Assembly: GCA_963698595.1 (NCBI GenBank)
Contig: CAVORL010000001.1
Location: 49,466-113,465, forward strand
Reading direction: 5' to 3'
DNA from: an uncultured Chloroflexia bacterium
Lineage (GTDB): Bacteria; Chloroflexota; Limnocylindria; Limnocylindrales; CSP1-4
Length of the DNA stretch: 64,000 bases
Shown piece by piece: positions 9,446 to 19,145 of this stretch; position 1 is the stretch's first letter, and the number at the start of each line of letters is the position of its first letter. Both the position numbers and the translations under genes were made by a program. A model generated the notes under the pieces. That model did not search any database. It had not been told where the DNA came from and saw nothing but the letters and a program-made list of their open reading frames with translations.

Positions 9446-10431
9446 GGGATGACCTCATCGAGCATCCCGGACAGCGAGGTGGTCGCCTCGTAGCCAAGAA
9501 CCTCGCGGGCCTTCCGCACATCGGGGACGCGGTGCTGGACGTCGTGCTCGAACGGTGGGTCGGAGACCCAGGCGAACGGGCGGTCGGGCCCGTGGATCTT
9601 GCCCCAGATGACCCCCGCCAGCTCGAGGACGGTCGTGCTCGACGGGGTCGAGAGGTTGAAGTCCTCGTTCACCGCGGCCGAAGACTCCATCGCCAGGCGG
9701 ATGCCGTGGGCCAGGTCGCCACCGTAGGTGTAGCAGCGGACCTGCGTGCCATCGCCCAGGAGGTGCAGCGGGTCCTGGCCGCGGAGCACCTTGAGAACGA
9801 GGTCGGGGACAACGTGGGAGAGCGCGAGCTTCACGTTGCCGCTCATGATGTCCGTGTCGCGCAGGGCGCGGCGCTCCCCGATCCCGACGCAGTTGAACGG
9901 CCGCAGGATCGTGTACGGGAGGCGGTGCTGCTGCCATGCTCCCTTCGCGAAGTACTCGGAGGCGAGCTTCTGGAAACCGTACGTCGAGATCGGCGGCGGC
10001 GAGGTCAGCTGGGCGCCCTCCGGCGTCGGGAAGAGGGTCGCGGACTCGTAGACCATCGAGGAGCTGAGGACGACGATCCGGTCCAGCTCCCCGCGGGCGT
10101 GCGCCTCGATGGCTGCATCGAACGTGGCGGCCAGGATCCGCTCGTTCTCGGCGAGCAGGTCGTAGGCGAACTCGTGGAAGTAGCTGATCCCGCCGATCAT
10201 CGCGGCCGCTGCGACCACCTGGTCGCACCCACGGACCAGCTCGCGCAGCAGCGGCAGGTCCTTGGCGTCGCCCTCGACGAGCCGGTAGCGCGGATGGTCG
10301 TCGTAGCTGCGGCGCGTCGGGCCGTACTTGCTGAAGTTGTCGACGCCGACGACCTCGTGGCCGGCATCGAGCAGCTCCGGGACCAGGTAGCCGTTGATGA
10401 ACCCGGCGGCACCGGTGACGAGGACTCGCAT
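9409..10431 (-). CDS. NAD-dependent epimerase/dehydratase (extended SDR)
   Basis: MRVLVTGAAGFINGYLV (Rossmann GxxGxxG) and SSSMVYE...YGFQK (S...YxxxK). The start ATG overlaps the stop of the upstream dehydrogenase gene by 1 nt. Confidence 0.85.
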   Translation of the reverse strand: MRVLVTGAAGFINGYLVPELLDAGHEVVGVDNFSKYGPTRRSYDDHPRYRLVEGDAKDLPLLRELVRGCDQVVAAAAMIGGISYFHEFAYDLLAENERILAATFDAAIEAHARGELDRIVVLSSSMVYESATLFPTPEGAQLTSPPPISTYGFQKLASEYFAKGAWQQHRLPYTILRPFNCVGIGERRALRDTDIMSGNVKLALSHVVPDLVLKVLRGQDPLHLLGDGTQVRCYTYGGDLAHGIRLAMESSAAVNEDFNLSTPSSTTVLELAGVIWGKIHGPDRPFAWVSDPPFEHDVQHRVPDVRKAREVLGYEATTSLSGMLDEVIPWIRAEDAAGAI

Positions 10432-11624
10432 CAGAGCGCGATCCCGCGGCCGAGAGCACCCCACACATCGACGACTTCGCGATCGCCGAGCTCAAGGTCG
10501 CGATAGGCCCGGTGGGGGGCACCCAGGACCAGCGTGTCGGCCTCGGCCAGGACGGTCTCGAGCGCCACGAGCCGGTCGTCCTTCACGTACGGGTCCGTGC
10601 AGAGGACCCGGGCGCCGGCCCACGCGAGGAGCTTTCGGAGCTTGTAGCTCAACGACGCGCGGCTGTCGTCGGATTCGGCCTTGAAGGCCATGCCGAGGAT
10701 CCCGACCGTGCGTCCCCGCAGCGTGCCGTGGCGCCGCTCCAGCGCGCTCACGATGTAGGCCGGCATCCCCTCGTTGACCTGCATCGCCGACTGGCCCATG
10801 GGGAAGTGGTCGCTCGTGAACGCGGCCAGCTGCATCGTGTCCTTGAAGAGGCACGGGCCGGCAGCGAATCCGGGACCGGGCAGGTCCGCGGCGCGCGGGT
10901 AGTCCCGGCGGATCGCGTCGAGGACGTTCCCGTAGTTGACCCCGGCCTGGTCGGCGACCATCAGGAACTGGTTCGCGATCGCGAACTTCATGTAGCGCCA
11001 GGTGTTCGTGAAGAGCTTCGCGAGCTCCGCCTCCTTCGAGGTCGCGCGGAGGATCTCGCCGCCCAGGCGGGCGAAGAGCGCCGCCGCTCGATCCCCGACG
11101 CCGGGATCGTCGGCACCGACGATCTGGGGCAACGTCCGGAACTCCTCCAGGGCGTGGCCTTCGGCGATCCGCTCGGGGCAGAAGGCGACCCCCACCCGGG
11201 TACCCCGGTCGGCGAAGGCCTGCGACACGTAGGCCGTGGTGCCCGGGTAGACGGTGCTCCGGAGGACGACCAGCGCGCCTGCACGCAGATGCGGGGCGAC
11301 CTGCTCGACGGTCCGCTCGAAGAGGGTCATCGAAGGACCCAGGAACTCGTCCACCGGGGTGCCGATCACGATCACCAGGACATCGGCGCGACCGACAACC
11401 TGCGGGTCGGCCGACAGCTCGAGCCGGCCGGTGGGGAGGACGGCTCGCAGCAGGTCGTCCGCGCCGTTCTCCCTGAAGGGCATCTCGCCGCGGCCGATCG
11501 CCGCGAGGGTGGCGTCGTTCGTATCCAGGATCCCCACCCGCAGCCCACTCTCGGCAAACGCGAGGCTCAGGGGGAGGCCGACATGACCGCCGCCGCCGAG
11601 GACGACGACATCGAGATCGCTCAT
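10431..11624 (-). CDS. Nucleotide-sugar (UDP-glucose/GDP-mannose family) dehydrogenase
   Basis: From the internal ATG: MSDLDVVVLGGGGHVGLPLS (NAD-binding fold) and a catalytic-Cys region (GFAAGPCLFKDT). The part of the track ORF upstream of this ATG is R/P-rich and implausible as coding. Confidence 0.85.
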   Translation of the reverse strand: MSDLDVVVLGGGGHVGLPLSLAFAESGLRVGILDTNDATLAAIGRGEMPFRENGADDLLRAVLPTGRLELSADPQVVGRADVLVIVIGTPVDEFLGPSMTLFERTVEQVAPHLRAGALVVLRSTVYPGTTAYVSQAFADRGTRVGVAFCPERIAEGHALEEFRTLPQIVGADDPGVGDRAAALFARLGGEILRATSKEAELAKLFTNTWRYMKFAIANQFLMVADQAGVNYGNVLDAIRRDYPRAADLPGPGFAAGPCLFKDTMQLAAFTSDHFPMGQSAMQVNEGMPAYIVSALERRHGTLRGRTVGILGMAFKAESDDSRASLSYKLRKLLAWAGARVLCTDPYVKDDRLVALETVLAEADTLVLGAPHRAYRDLELGDREVVDVWGALGRGIAL

Positions 11625-11768
11625 GGTCGTCGAGAGTAGCAGCGCGAGCGCCGGGTCCACATGACCCGATGGTCCACGTCGCTGCTCGGCTGGTGATGAC
11701 CGGCAGCCCTCTCGCATACGCGGGTCAAGCCACCGGCCGGACTGCTCGATCGCGCCTGACAGGAGCAG

Positions 11769-11774
11769 TATGAT
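11769..11774 (+). promoter_or_regulatory. -10-like box TATGAT, 8 nt upstream of ATG 11783 (leaderless-type start)
   Basis: Reads cagTATGATcgacccgcATG, with no Shine-Dalgarno sequence. Confidence 0.4.
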
Positions 11775-11782
11775 CGACCCGC

Positions 11783-12901
11783 ATGGCTCGCCCATACGCT
11801 GCCGCGCTCAGGCGGCTGTCTCCATGGCTCCCATGGTTCCTCGCGGCGTGTGGTGTGGCCATTCTCATCGCGGCGGCGTTCCTGTTTCTCGGCAGCGTCG
11901 GGTTCGGCTACGACTACGTGGCCTACGATGCCGCAGCTCGCCGGCTCGCCGAAGGCGCCGCACTCTACCCGCCCGGCACGGCCGCGGCCTACAACGCGGG
12001 CGCATATGCCGGCCTGTACCTGTACGCGCCACCGCTCGCGGTCGCCTTGATCCCGGTGTCGGCCCTGGCGGTTGACGCGGCGACGTTCGCCTGGTTTGTC
12101 GGGCGCATGGTGCTGCTGGGGGTCGGTTGCCTCCTGCTCCCAGTCAGGCGGGACGTTCGGCTCGCAGTCTGGTTCGTCTCGACTATCTCGTTCCCAGTCC
12201 TCTTCGACCTCAATCTCGGCAATGTCAGCGTCGCCCTCTTCGCGCTGAGTGCCGTCATCTGGCGCTGGAATGGCAGGCCGCTCGGCGGCGTTGCCCTGGC
12301 TGTCGCACTCACGGTGCGCTACTCGTTCGGCCTCGTCGGGGTCGCGTGGATCCTGACGAAGCGCCCACGCTCGATGGCCGGCGCGATCACGGCCGGTGCC
12401 GTCATCGCCGTCGCAACGCTGCCCGTCGTCGGGATTGCCGGCTGGACGGACTACGTGACCATGCTCCGAGGCCTGGCGGACGTCAGCACCGGGCCGCACA
12501 ACTTCACCCTCGGAAGCCCGCTCGCTGCGCTCGGAGTCGGTGCCCCGTGGGTCACGCTCGCGACGCTCCTGGGGGTCGCCCTCTCGGTCCTCGCCGTGAC
12601 CGTCGCCGCCCGCCGGCGCGACCCGGAGCTGGCCGTGGTCGTCGCCCTCGCCGGGACGGTCCTCTTCGCGCCGTTCTTCCACCCCCACTATCTCGTGGCG
12701 CTCCTGGTCCCGGCCGCGTACGTTGCGAACCGCGGTCACCGTTGGGGATACTTCCTGCCGCTGCTGGGCTGGCTGCCCGCCGAGCTCCTCGGGGTCGCGG
12801 CGCTCATCGGCCTCGTCGCGCCCCTCCTTGCGCAATCTGCCGCGGATCAGCTCGCGGCCGAGGCGCCCACCAGCCGGACCGCGCGGGCGCCCTCGTCGTA
12901 G
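11783..12901 (+). CDS. GT87/DUF2029-like polytopic glycosyltransferase (polyprenyl-phosphate-mannose-dependent type)
   Basis: GFGYDYVAYDAAARRLAEGAALYPP near the N-terminus and a polytopic body, which is the architecture of the DUF2029/GT87 family. Confidence 0.7.
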   Translation: MARPYAAALRRLSPWLPWFLAACGVAILIAAAFLFLGSVGFGYDYVAYDAAARRLAEGAALYPPGTAAAYNAGAYAGLYLYAPPLAVALIPVSALAVDAATFAWFVGRMVLLGVGCLLLPVRRDVRLAVWFVSTISFPVLFDLNLGNVSVALFALSAVIWRWNGRPLGGVALAVALTVRYSFGLVGVAWILTKRPRSMAGAITAGAVIAVATLPVVGIAGWTDYVTMLRGLADVSTGPHNFTLGSPLAALGVGAPWVTLATLLGVALSVLAVTVAARRRDPELAVVVALAGTVLFAPFFHPHYLVALLVPAAYVANRGHRWGYFLPLLGWLPAELLGVAALIGLVAPLLAQSAADQLAAEAPTSRTARAPSS

Positions 12902-14052
12902 ACGTCCTCGACCGCGGCGACCATGAGCTCCACGCAGAACCGCTCGTGGACCAGGTCGTGGCCACCCTTCGCCAGCAGGTCCGCGTAGGCGTGGTCAGTG
13001 AGGAGGCGGGTGATGGCGGCAGCCAGCGCCTCCGCATCGTGGGGCGGGACCAGGAGCCCCGTCCGGCCGTCCTCGACCACCTCGAGGATCCCGCCCACGG
13101 CGGAGGCGACGACCGGGCGCGACAGCGCCATCGCCTCCAGGATCGTGAGGCCCTGCGCCTCGCGATAGGACGGCAGCACGGCGACGTCGAGGGCGGCAGT
13201 CACGGCCGGGACGTCGTCGCGGCGGCCGGTGAAGACGACCGTGTCGGCGATGCCAAGGTCGGCGGCATGGGCCTCCAGCTCGTCGCGCCGGCTGCCCTCG
13301 CCCACGACGAGAAGGCGGGCGTTGGGGACCCGTCGCAGGACCTGCGGCCAGGCCTCCAGCAGCGTCGGGTGCCCCTTCTCGCGCTCCAGGCGGGCCACGA
13401 TGCCCACGATCTGGACCTCGGCCAGCAGCCCGTATTCCTCGCGCAGGGTGCAGCACGGGTCCGTGTGGTCGTAGCGCACGAGATCGACGCCGTTGTAGAT
13501 GAGCGAGACGGGCACGTCGCTGGGGCGCTCGTCGGCGATCTTGTCCTCCATGGCGCGGCTCACGGCGATGAGGCGGTCCATGCGCGGCGTGAGGACCCGC
13601 AGCATCTCGCGGTCCTCAGCGGCGCGGACCCGGCTCGAGTGGACCGTCCCCACGATGAACGGCCGGGGTCGACCGGCCTCCTCCAGGCCGAGCGCGGCAC
13701 GAGTCCCGATGAGCTCGGCGCGGTACATGTGGTTGTGAACGACGTCGGGCTGGACTTCTGCCAGGAGCGTCGCGACGGCGCCCACGGCGATCGCGTCGTC
13801 TGGCTCGTCGATCACGTGGACGGGGATCCCCAGCTCGGCGATCCGCCGCTCGGCGCTGCCCTGTGAGAGCGAGATGACGGTGGGTTCGTAGCGGGACCGA
13901 TCGAGCCGTGAGAGGAGGGAGTAGACGTGTTCCTGCGCGCCGCCGTTCGTGCCGGTCGCGAGCACCTCGACGACGCGCACCGGGCGCCCACCCGGAACGG
14001 GCGGCCGGTCCTTTCGCTTGAGGCAGGGGTCATCAGGAAGCGGAGCGCCCAT
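12847..14052 (-). CDS. GT4 family (GT-B fold) glycosyltransferase
   Basis: The C-terminal motif REAQGLTILEAMALSRPVVASAVGGILEVVEDGRTGLLVPP is EX7E-like. ATG at 14052, directly after the stop of the upstream gene. Confidence 0.85.
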   Translation of the reverse strand: MGAPLPDDPCLKRKDRPPVPGGRPVRVVEVLATGTNGGAQEHVYSLLSRLDRSRYEPTVISLSQGSAERRIAELGIPVHVIDEPDDAIAVGAVATLLAEVQPDVVHNHMYRAELIGTRAALGLEEAGRPRPFIVGTVHSSRVRAAEDREMLRVLTPRMDRLIAVSRAMEDKIADERPSDVPVSLIYNGVDLVRYDHTDPCCTLREEYGLLAEVQIVGIVARLEREKGHPTLLEAWPQVLRRVPNARLLVVGEGSRRDELEAHAADLGIADTVVFTGRRDDVPAVTAALDVAVLPSYREAQGLTILEAMALSRPVVASAVGGILEVVEDGRTGLLVPPHDAEALAAAITRLLTDHAYADLLAKGGHDLVHERFCVELMVAAVEDVYDEGARAVRLVGASAAS

Positions 14053-15285
14053 CTACTCGCTCGTTCGCACGACGAGCAGGCGCTGGATTGGCTCGTCCAC
14101 AGCTCCCCACTCGTACTTGTATGGCTCGTCGCCCCGGAGGTAGTCGAAGCGCCGACGCCCGGCGGCGATCGCAGCCTCGATCGCCTTGGCGCTGAGGAGG
14201 ACGCCGGGCGAGAGGTCGCGAGCTTCCGGCTCGACGCCGGCGTTGTAGAGGTACCAGGCGTCGCCGTCATCGAACCAGATGCCGGCCGCGATCCGGCGTC
14301 CCGCCACGACGAGGAAGTGGAGCTGCAGCGTGCCGTCCGTGCCGGCGAGCTCGAAGAGCCGACGGAACCAGACCCGGCTCTGCTCGCCGCCGAGGGTCGC
14401 TGGGAAGAGCCCCTGCTCACCCCAGCGCTTCTGGTGGAGGTCGATGAAGGCCACGAGGTCGGCCACCGGGTCGGTGGATTGCTCCAGGCGAACCTCGCCG
14501 GCAGCCTCGGCCCTGCGGAGCTTGCGCCGGACCTCGTGGCGCTCCTTCTTGCCGAGCGTTCCCAGATATGCCTCGAAGTCCGCGCCCGGATCGAAGGTCA
14601 CGACGGGGCATACCTCCTCGCGTTCCCGAACGACGGTCCACCCGTCCCCCGTCCGGGCGCCGAAGGCCTCGGCCAGGGCGTCCACAGCCGGGTCGCCGCC
14701 GCGCAGCCGGCGGAGGTCGATCACGTCCCACGGATCAGGATGCTCCGCATCGTGGGCGCCCGACGTCGCGGACAGGGCGACGACGACGGCCTCGGCGACG
14801 GCGGGCAGGTCGGCCGGCCGTGCCAGGAGCGTCGCGTAGTCGGAGTGGTAGCTGGCGCCGAAGAAGACGGCCTTCGCCGTCGGCACGACGTGCGTCAGGG
14901 GCAGGTGCTGGTCGCCCCGCAGACGCGTCCGAAGGATCGCATCGTCCGGCTCCACCTCGTGGCGGTGCATGAGGGGCACGATCGCGACCAGAGCGTCGGG
15001 ATCGGAGCCGGACGGGTCCACCACGACGAGGGTCTGCTCGTGGGCATTTGCGCCATACGCGTCCCACCACGCGCGGTGGACGGCCCAGCGAGCGAATGGG
15101 GTGGCCCACGGCGTCGCCCCGGCGAGGGCGTCCCAGGCTGCTGGGTCGATTGCGTCGAAGGGACGGCGGAGGGCACGCAGGGATCCGGGGACCGCCGGGG
15201 GACGCGCGGGGGCTCCGGCTGCGCCCGCCTCGCCGGCGGGCGCGGGGAGACAGGGAGGGTCGAGGTCCGAGGAGGCCGGGGTCAT
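14053..15285 (-). CDS. FemAB/CelD-like GNAT-fold acyltransferase (Acetyltransf_6-like)
   Basis: C-terminal FDYLRGDEPYKYEWGA, typical of CelD/BioF2-like GNAT proteins. I chose the internal ATG at 15285 (MTPASS...) because TATTCT lies 8 nt upstream and the longer N-terminus is R-rich. Confidence 0.7.
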   Translation of the reverse strand: MTPASSDLDPPCLPAPAGEAGAAGAPARPPAVPGSLRALRRPFDAIDPAAWDALAGATPWATPFARWAVHRAWWDAYGANAHEQTLVVVDPSGSDPDALVAIVPLMHRHEVEPDDAILRTRLRGDQHLPLTHVVPTAKAVFFGASYHSDYATLLARPADLPAVAEAVVVALSATSGAHDAEHPDPWDVIDLRRLRGGDPAVDALAEAFGARTGDGWTVVREREEVCPVVTFDPGADFEAYLGTLGKKERHEVRRKLRRAEAAGEVRLEQSTDPVADLVAFIDLHQKRWGEQGLFPATLGGEQSRVWFRRLFELAGTDGTLQLHFLVVAGRRIAAGIWFDDGDAWYLYNAGVEPEARDLSPGVLLSAKAIEAAIAAGRRRFDYLRGDEPYKYEWGAVDEPIQRLLVVRTSE

Positions 15286-15568
15286 CGGCGCCGAGAATAG
15301 CACCGGTCGATTGTGGGGCGGCCAGACGCCGCGCCGAGAATGCGAGAGGGGCCGTGGCGCCGCCGCACCGGACCATCTGGCAGGGGTTACCTGTACCAAG
15401 CGGCGGGTGACGGGACCGCGCGACGTCGGGCACCCTGTGCCGCAACACCTGTGGGGCATGCCGGATCCGCCCCGCCTCCTGTCCCCTGGCGGGGTGTCCC
15501 CATCCCGTTTCCGGCACCGCATCACCGTCGCCGCGCTCCGGCGCGGCGTTCTGGCAGAGAGGAGCCTC

Positions 15569-16441
15569 ATGTCGGTCGACGCCAGCGTCGCCCATCGGGC
15601 GGCCGCCGAAGGGTCCATCAACCGCCCCGTCGGGGCGCGCTCGTCGCGTCACGGACCCCTCGTCCTGTTCCTCGCCGCGTTGCTCGCCGTCGGCTCGCTC
15701 GCCACCCCCGCTCCTGCCTCTGCGGCCACGATCAAGGTCGCGATCGTCGTCGGCCCTGCTGGCTCCCTCACGAAGACCTACAAGTCCCACGCGAGGTCGT
15801 ATGCCGCGCTGGCCCGCTCGTACGGCGCCACCGTCGTCGAGGTCTACAGCCCCAAGGCGACGTGGGCGCGCGTCAAGGGCGCCGTCCAGGGCGCCAACCT
15901 CCTGATCTACCTGGGCCACGGAAACGGGTATCCGAATCCGTACAGCTCGACGCTCGACCCGAGGAAGGTGAACGGGCTGGGGCTGAACCCGAAGCTCAAC
16001 AGCGGCAACACGAAGACGAAGTACTACGGCGAGTACTTCGTCAAGAAGGCCATCAAGCTGGCCCCGAACGCGGTGGTGCTGCTGAACCACCTCTGCTACT
16101 CAGCGGGCAGCTCGGAGCCGGGCCGCAAGAACCCGTCGCTGAAGACGGCGAAGAAGCGCGTCGACAACTTCGGCGCCGGCTTCCTGCGGGCTGGCGCGCG
16201 GACGGTGTTCGCGGAGACGCTGGGCAACGCGTCGTACGTCATTCGCTCGCTCTTCACGACCGGCGACACGATGACGGAGATCTTCTGGAGCTCCCCGAAC
16301 CGGACGAAGACGCACCAGGTCTCGTTCTCCTCGGCACGGACCTCGGGGATGGGCGCTCTGATGGATCCGCGGAAGCCCGGGCAGTACTACCGGAGCGTGG
16401 TCGGCAAGCTCTCGATGACGGCGGCAACCTGGCGGCCATAG
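15569..16441 (+). CDS. Secreted hypothetical protein with a His-Gly ... Cys arrangement (possible clan CD-like cysteine peptidase fold)
   Basis: GAGAGGAG lies upstream of the ATG. Signal-like N-terminus (LVLFLAALLAVGSLATPAPASA/ATIK). Beta-strand-like KVAIVVG, then LLIYLGHGNG and VVLLNHLCYSAGS. Confidence 0.6.
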   Translation: MSVDASVAHRAAAEGSINRPVGARSSRHGPLVLFLAALLAVGSLATPAPASAATIKVAIVVGPAGSLTKTYKSHARSYAALARSYGATVVEVYSPKATWARVKGAVQGANLLIYLGHGNGYPNPYSSTLDPRKVNGLGLNPKLNSGNTKTKYYGEYFVKKAIKLAPNAVVLLNHLCYSAGSSEPGRKNPSLKTAKKRVDNFGAGFLRAGARTVFAETLGNASYVIRSLFTTGDTMTEIFWSSPNRTKTHQVSFSSARTSGMGALMDPRKPGQYYRSVVGKLSMTAATWRP

Positions 16442-16462
16442 CAGCTCCGAAGCCGTAGGCGG

Positions 16463-17260
16463 TCAGGCGCGCCGCCGCGCCACCTTCCGGTGCAGGAACG
16501 GCGTCCGGAACAGGTCCCAGGCCACGCGCAGGCCGAGGCGCGGGCCCGGGTGCATCCGCGAGCCCCGCTTGTCGAACCACCGGATGGGGACGACCGCGAT
16601 CCGGTAGCCTCGCCGGCGCGCCAGGTAGATCAGCTCGACGTCGAACACGATGCTCGTGATCCTCTGCCTGTCGAAGAGGTCGTGGGCGGCCTCGCTCGTG
16701 AAGCCCTTGAAGCCGCACTGCGTGTCCTGGATGCTCCCCGCCGCCCACACCGAGGAGAGCCCATGGAAGACGCGGCCAAGGAGGCGCCGGAACCCCGGCT
16801 GCGTGTGGCGCATGTCGCTGCCGTCGGGCTGGATCCGGCTCCCGAGGACAACATCGTGGTCGCTGAGCGCCTCCACCAGGAGCGGGAGCTGGTCGGGCGG
16901 GGTGGCCATATCCGCATCGGCGAAGATCAACAAGTCGGCGACCGCCGCCAGCATCCCGGCCTTCACCGCGGCACCCTTGCCCCCATGCGGGACCGAGAGG
17001 AGCTCCAGGAGCGGGGCGCCGCCGGGCGTGCTGGCGGTCCGTTCCGGCCGGGCGCGGACGAGTGCCGCGGTGCCGTCCGTGCTTCCGTCGTCGACCACCA
17101 GGACGCGCACATCACCGGGAAGTCGCGCCGCCCCGGGAGCCCCATCTCGACCCTGCTCGCCGTGCCGGCGAAGGTAGCCGAACAGCTCGTCGAGGGCCGA
17201 CCCGAGGCGAGCTTCCTCGTTGTACGCGGGCAGGACGACGGTGAGGCTGAGCGCGGGCAT
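16463..17260 (-). CDS. GT2 family glycosyltransferase (dolichyl/polyprenyl-phosphate glycosyltransferase-like)
   Basis: From the internal ATG: MPALSLTVVLPAYNEEARL, VLVVDDGSTDGT and FADADMATPP (DxD). TAGACT lies 7 nt upstream of ATG 17260. Confidence 0.8.
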   Translation of the reverse strand: MPALSLTVVLPAYNEEARLGSALDELFGYLRRHGEQGRDGAPGAARLPGDVRVLVVDDGSTDGTAALVRARPERTASTPGGAPLLELLSVPHGGKGAAVKAGMLAAVADLLIFADADMATPPDQLPLLVEALSDHDVVLGSRIQPDGSDMRHTQPGFRRLLGRVFHGLSSVWAAGSIQDTQCGFKGFTSEAAHDLFDRQRITSIVFDVELIYLARRRGYRIAVVPIRWFDKRGSRMHPGPRLGLRVAWDLFRTPFLHRKVARRRA

Positions 17261-17267
17261 GAAGCTG

Positions 17268-17273
17268 AGTCTA
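17268..17273 (-). promoter_or_regulatory. -10-like box TAGACT, 7 nt upstream of ATG 17260 (leaderless-type start)
   Basis: The minus strand reads gtaTAGACTcagcttcATG. Confidence 0.4.
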
Positions 17274-17337
17274 TACGCGCTCACGCAGCCGTCTGCCCGA
17301 CCGCCGCACCAAGCGGGAAGTACCATCCGACCATTGC

Positions 17338-19145
17338 ATGGTGCCACCAAAGATCGGCAGGTTAGCCAACATGACAGCAGGCCGATCATCGGGGGTCTTC
17401 CCCTTGTCCGTCGCTCAACCGCTCGTCGCCGTGATCATCCCCGCCCTCAACGAGGCGGGGAAGATCGGGCGCGTCCTCGACAAGATGCCCCGCGACGCAC
17501 GATTCGAAGCGATCGTCGTGGACGATGGGAGCACCGACGGGACGGGCGAGGAGGCGCGCGCCCACGGCGCCGCCGTCGTGATCCGGCACGACGTGCGCCG
17601 CGGCGTCGGGGCAGCCATCCGCGACGGATGGGCGGCCGCCCTCGAGCGCCAGCGCCCGTATGTTGCTCTGATCTCCGGCGACGACCAGCACGAGCCGGCG
17701 GAGCTCGTCCGGGCACTGGAAACCCTGCTTGCGACCGGCGCCGACTATGCCCAGGGTTCGCGATGGATTCGCGGCGGCCGGGTGGTCGGCCCGACGGGAG
17801 GCCGTGGGCTTGGGACGCGCATCTACTCCGCGGCCTTCAGCATCCTGGCCCTGAGGCGCGTCACCGACGCCACGAACGGGTTCCGCATCTTCTCGGCCCG
17901 GATCCTGGCCGACCCCGGACTGGATCTCGACCAGGAGTGGCTGACCAGCTACGACCTGGAGCCCTACGTGCTCTACAAGACGATCCGGCGCGGTTATGCG
18001 GTCGTCGAGGTCCCGTGCACCGTGCGGTATCACGCAGGCGAGGGGTACACGAAGATGCGGGGCTTGCGGGATTGGTGGCGGCTCTTCCGGCCGGCGGTTC
18101 TCCTCCGATTCGGGGGTGAAGCGGTGACGTTCTCGACCGATCGTGCCCTCGGGGGGCGGCGCATCCTCGTGACCGGCGGTGCCGGCTTCATCGGCGGTGC
18201 GGTCGTCAACCGACTCGTGGCGATGGGCGCTCGTGTGACGGTCCTCGACGACCTCTTCACGGGGCAGGCGGAGACGATCCCTGCCGGCGCCCAGTTCGTC
18301 GAAGGCTCGGTGACCGACGAGAAGCTGGTACGCGAGCTGGTTGCCCAACACTCCCTCGTGTTCCACATGGCGGCCCGCAACATCATTGCGAGCACCAAGA
18401 ACCCTCGCGACGACTACGAGACGAACATCGGCGGCACCCTTAACGTCCTCATGGCCGCGCGTGAGAGTCGACCGGACCGGGTCGTGTACACCTCGTCGAC
18501 CTCCGTCTACGGAAACCCCCGCTCGATCCCCATCAACGAGGATGACGGTCTCGTGCTGCTTTCGCCGTACGCCGTCAGCAAGCTCGGTGGCGAGAACTAC
18601 TGCACGGCCTTCTACGAGAGCTACGGGCTCCCGGTGGCAGTGGTCCGCTATAGCAACGTCTATGGGCCGGGACAGCGGCCGGAGAACCCATACTGCGGCG
18701 TGGTCAGCAAGTTCTTCGCCTCAGCGATCGCCGGTAAGCCCGTTGCTCGTCCACGGGGACGGCGAGCAGACGCGCGACTTCACGTACGTGGAGGACGCTG
18801 TTGATGCCACGCTGCTGGCCGCGGTCCACCCGCGCGCGGAGGGCGAAGTTTTCAACGTCGGGACGGGGATCGAGACGTCGATCAACGGTCTCGCCGCCGC
18901 TGTGGGACACGCAGCTGGGACGCGACGTGACGATTGACCACGTCGATCGTCGCGACATCGACAACATCCGCCGGCGCGTCGTCAACATCGAGAAGATCCG
19001 GCGGATGCTCCACTGGGTCCCGGCGACCACTCTCGACCACGGTCTCGGCGCCACGGCCCAGTGGCTCGCGGGCGCCGTGGATCGACAGGACGAGCCGGCG
19101 GCAGCCCGACAATCGCGACGGCCCTCGCAGGCCGGGTCCGCCTGA
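17338..19145 (+). pseudogene. GT2 glycosyltransferase fused to an NAD-dependent epimerase/dehydratase; the SDR part is interrupted by two +1 frame changes
   Basis: One frame carries the GT2 part (VAVIIPALNEAGKIGRV, VVDDGSTDGTG), then RILVTGGAGFIGGAVV with no stop between them. The SDR sequence continues in the frame of ORF 18341..18937 (LLVHGDGEQTRDFTYVEDAVDA...FNVGTG), then in the frame of ORF 18801..19145 (RDVTIDHVDRRDIDNIRRRVVNIEKIRRMLHWVP). Confidence 0.7.

Noticed and set aside
10431-11795. Extended N-termini given by the longest-ORF track for several genes (for example 10431..11795, 14053..15621, 16463..17389, 53385..55562 and 62453..63283).
   Set aside because: The extensions are R/P-rich and often overlap the neighbouring gene. 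They precede an internal start that begins the conserved domain and has either a Shine-Dalgarno site, a stop/start overlap or a -10 box in front.
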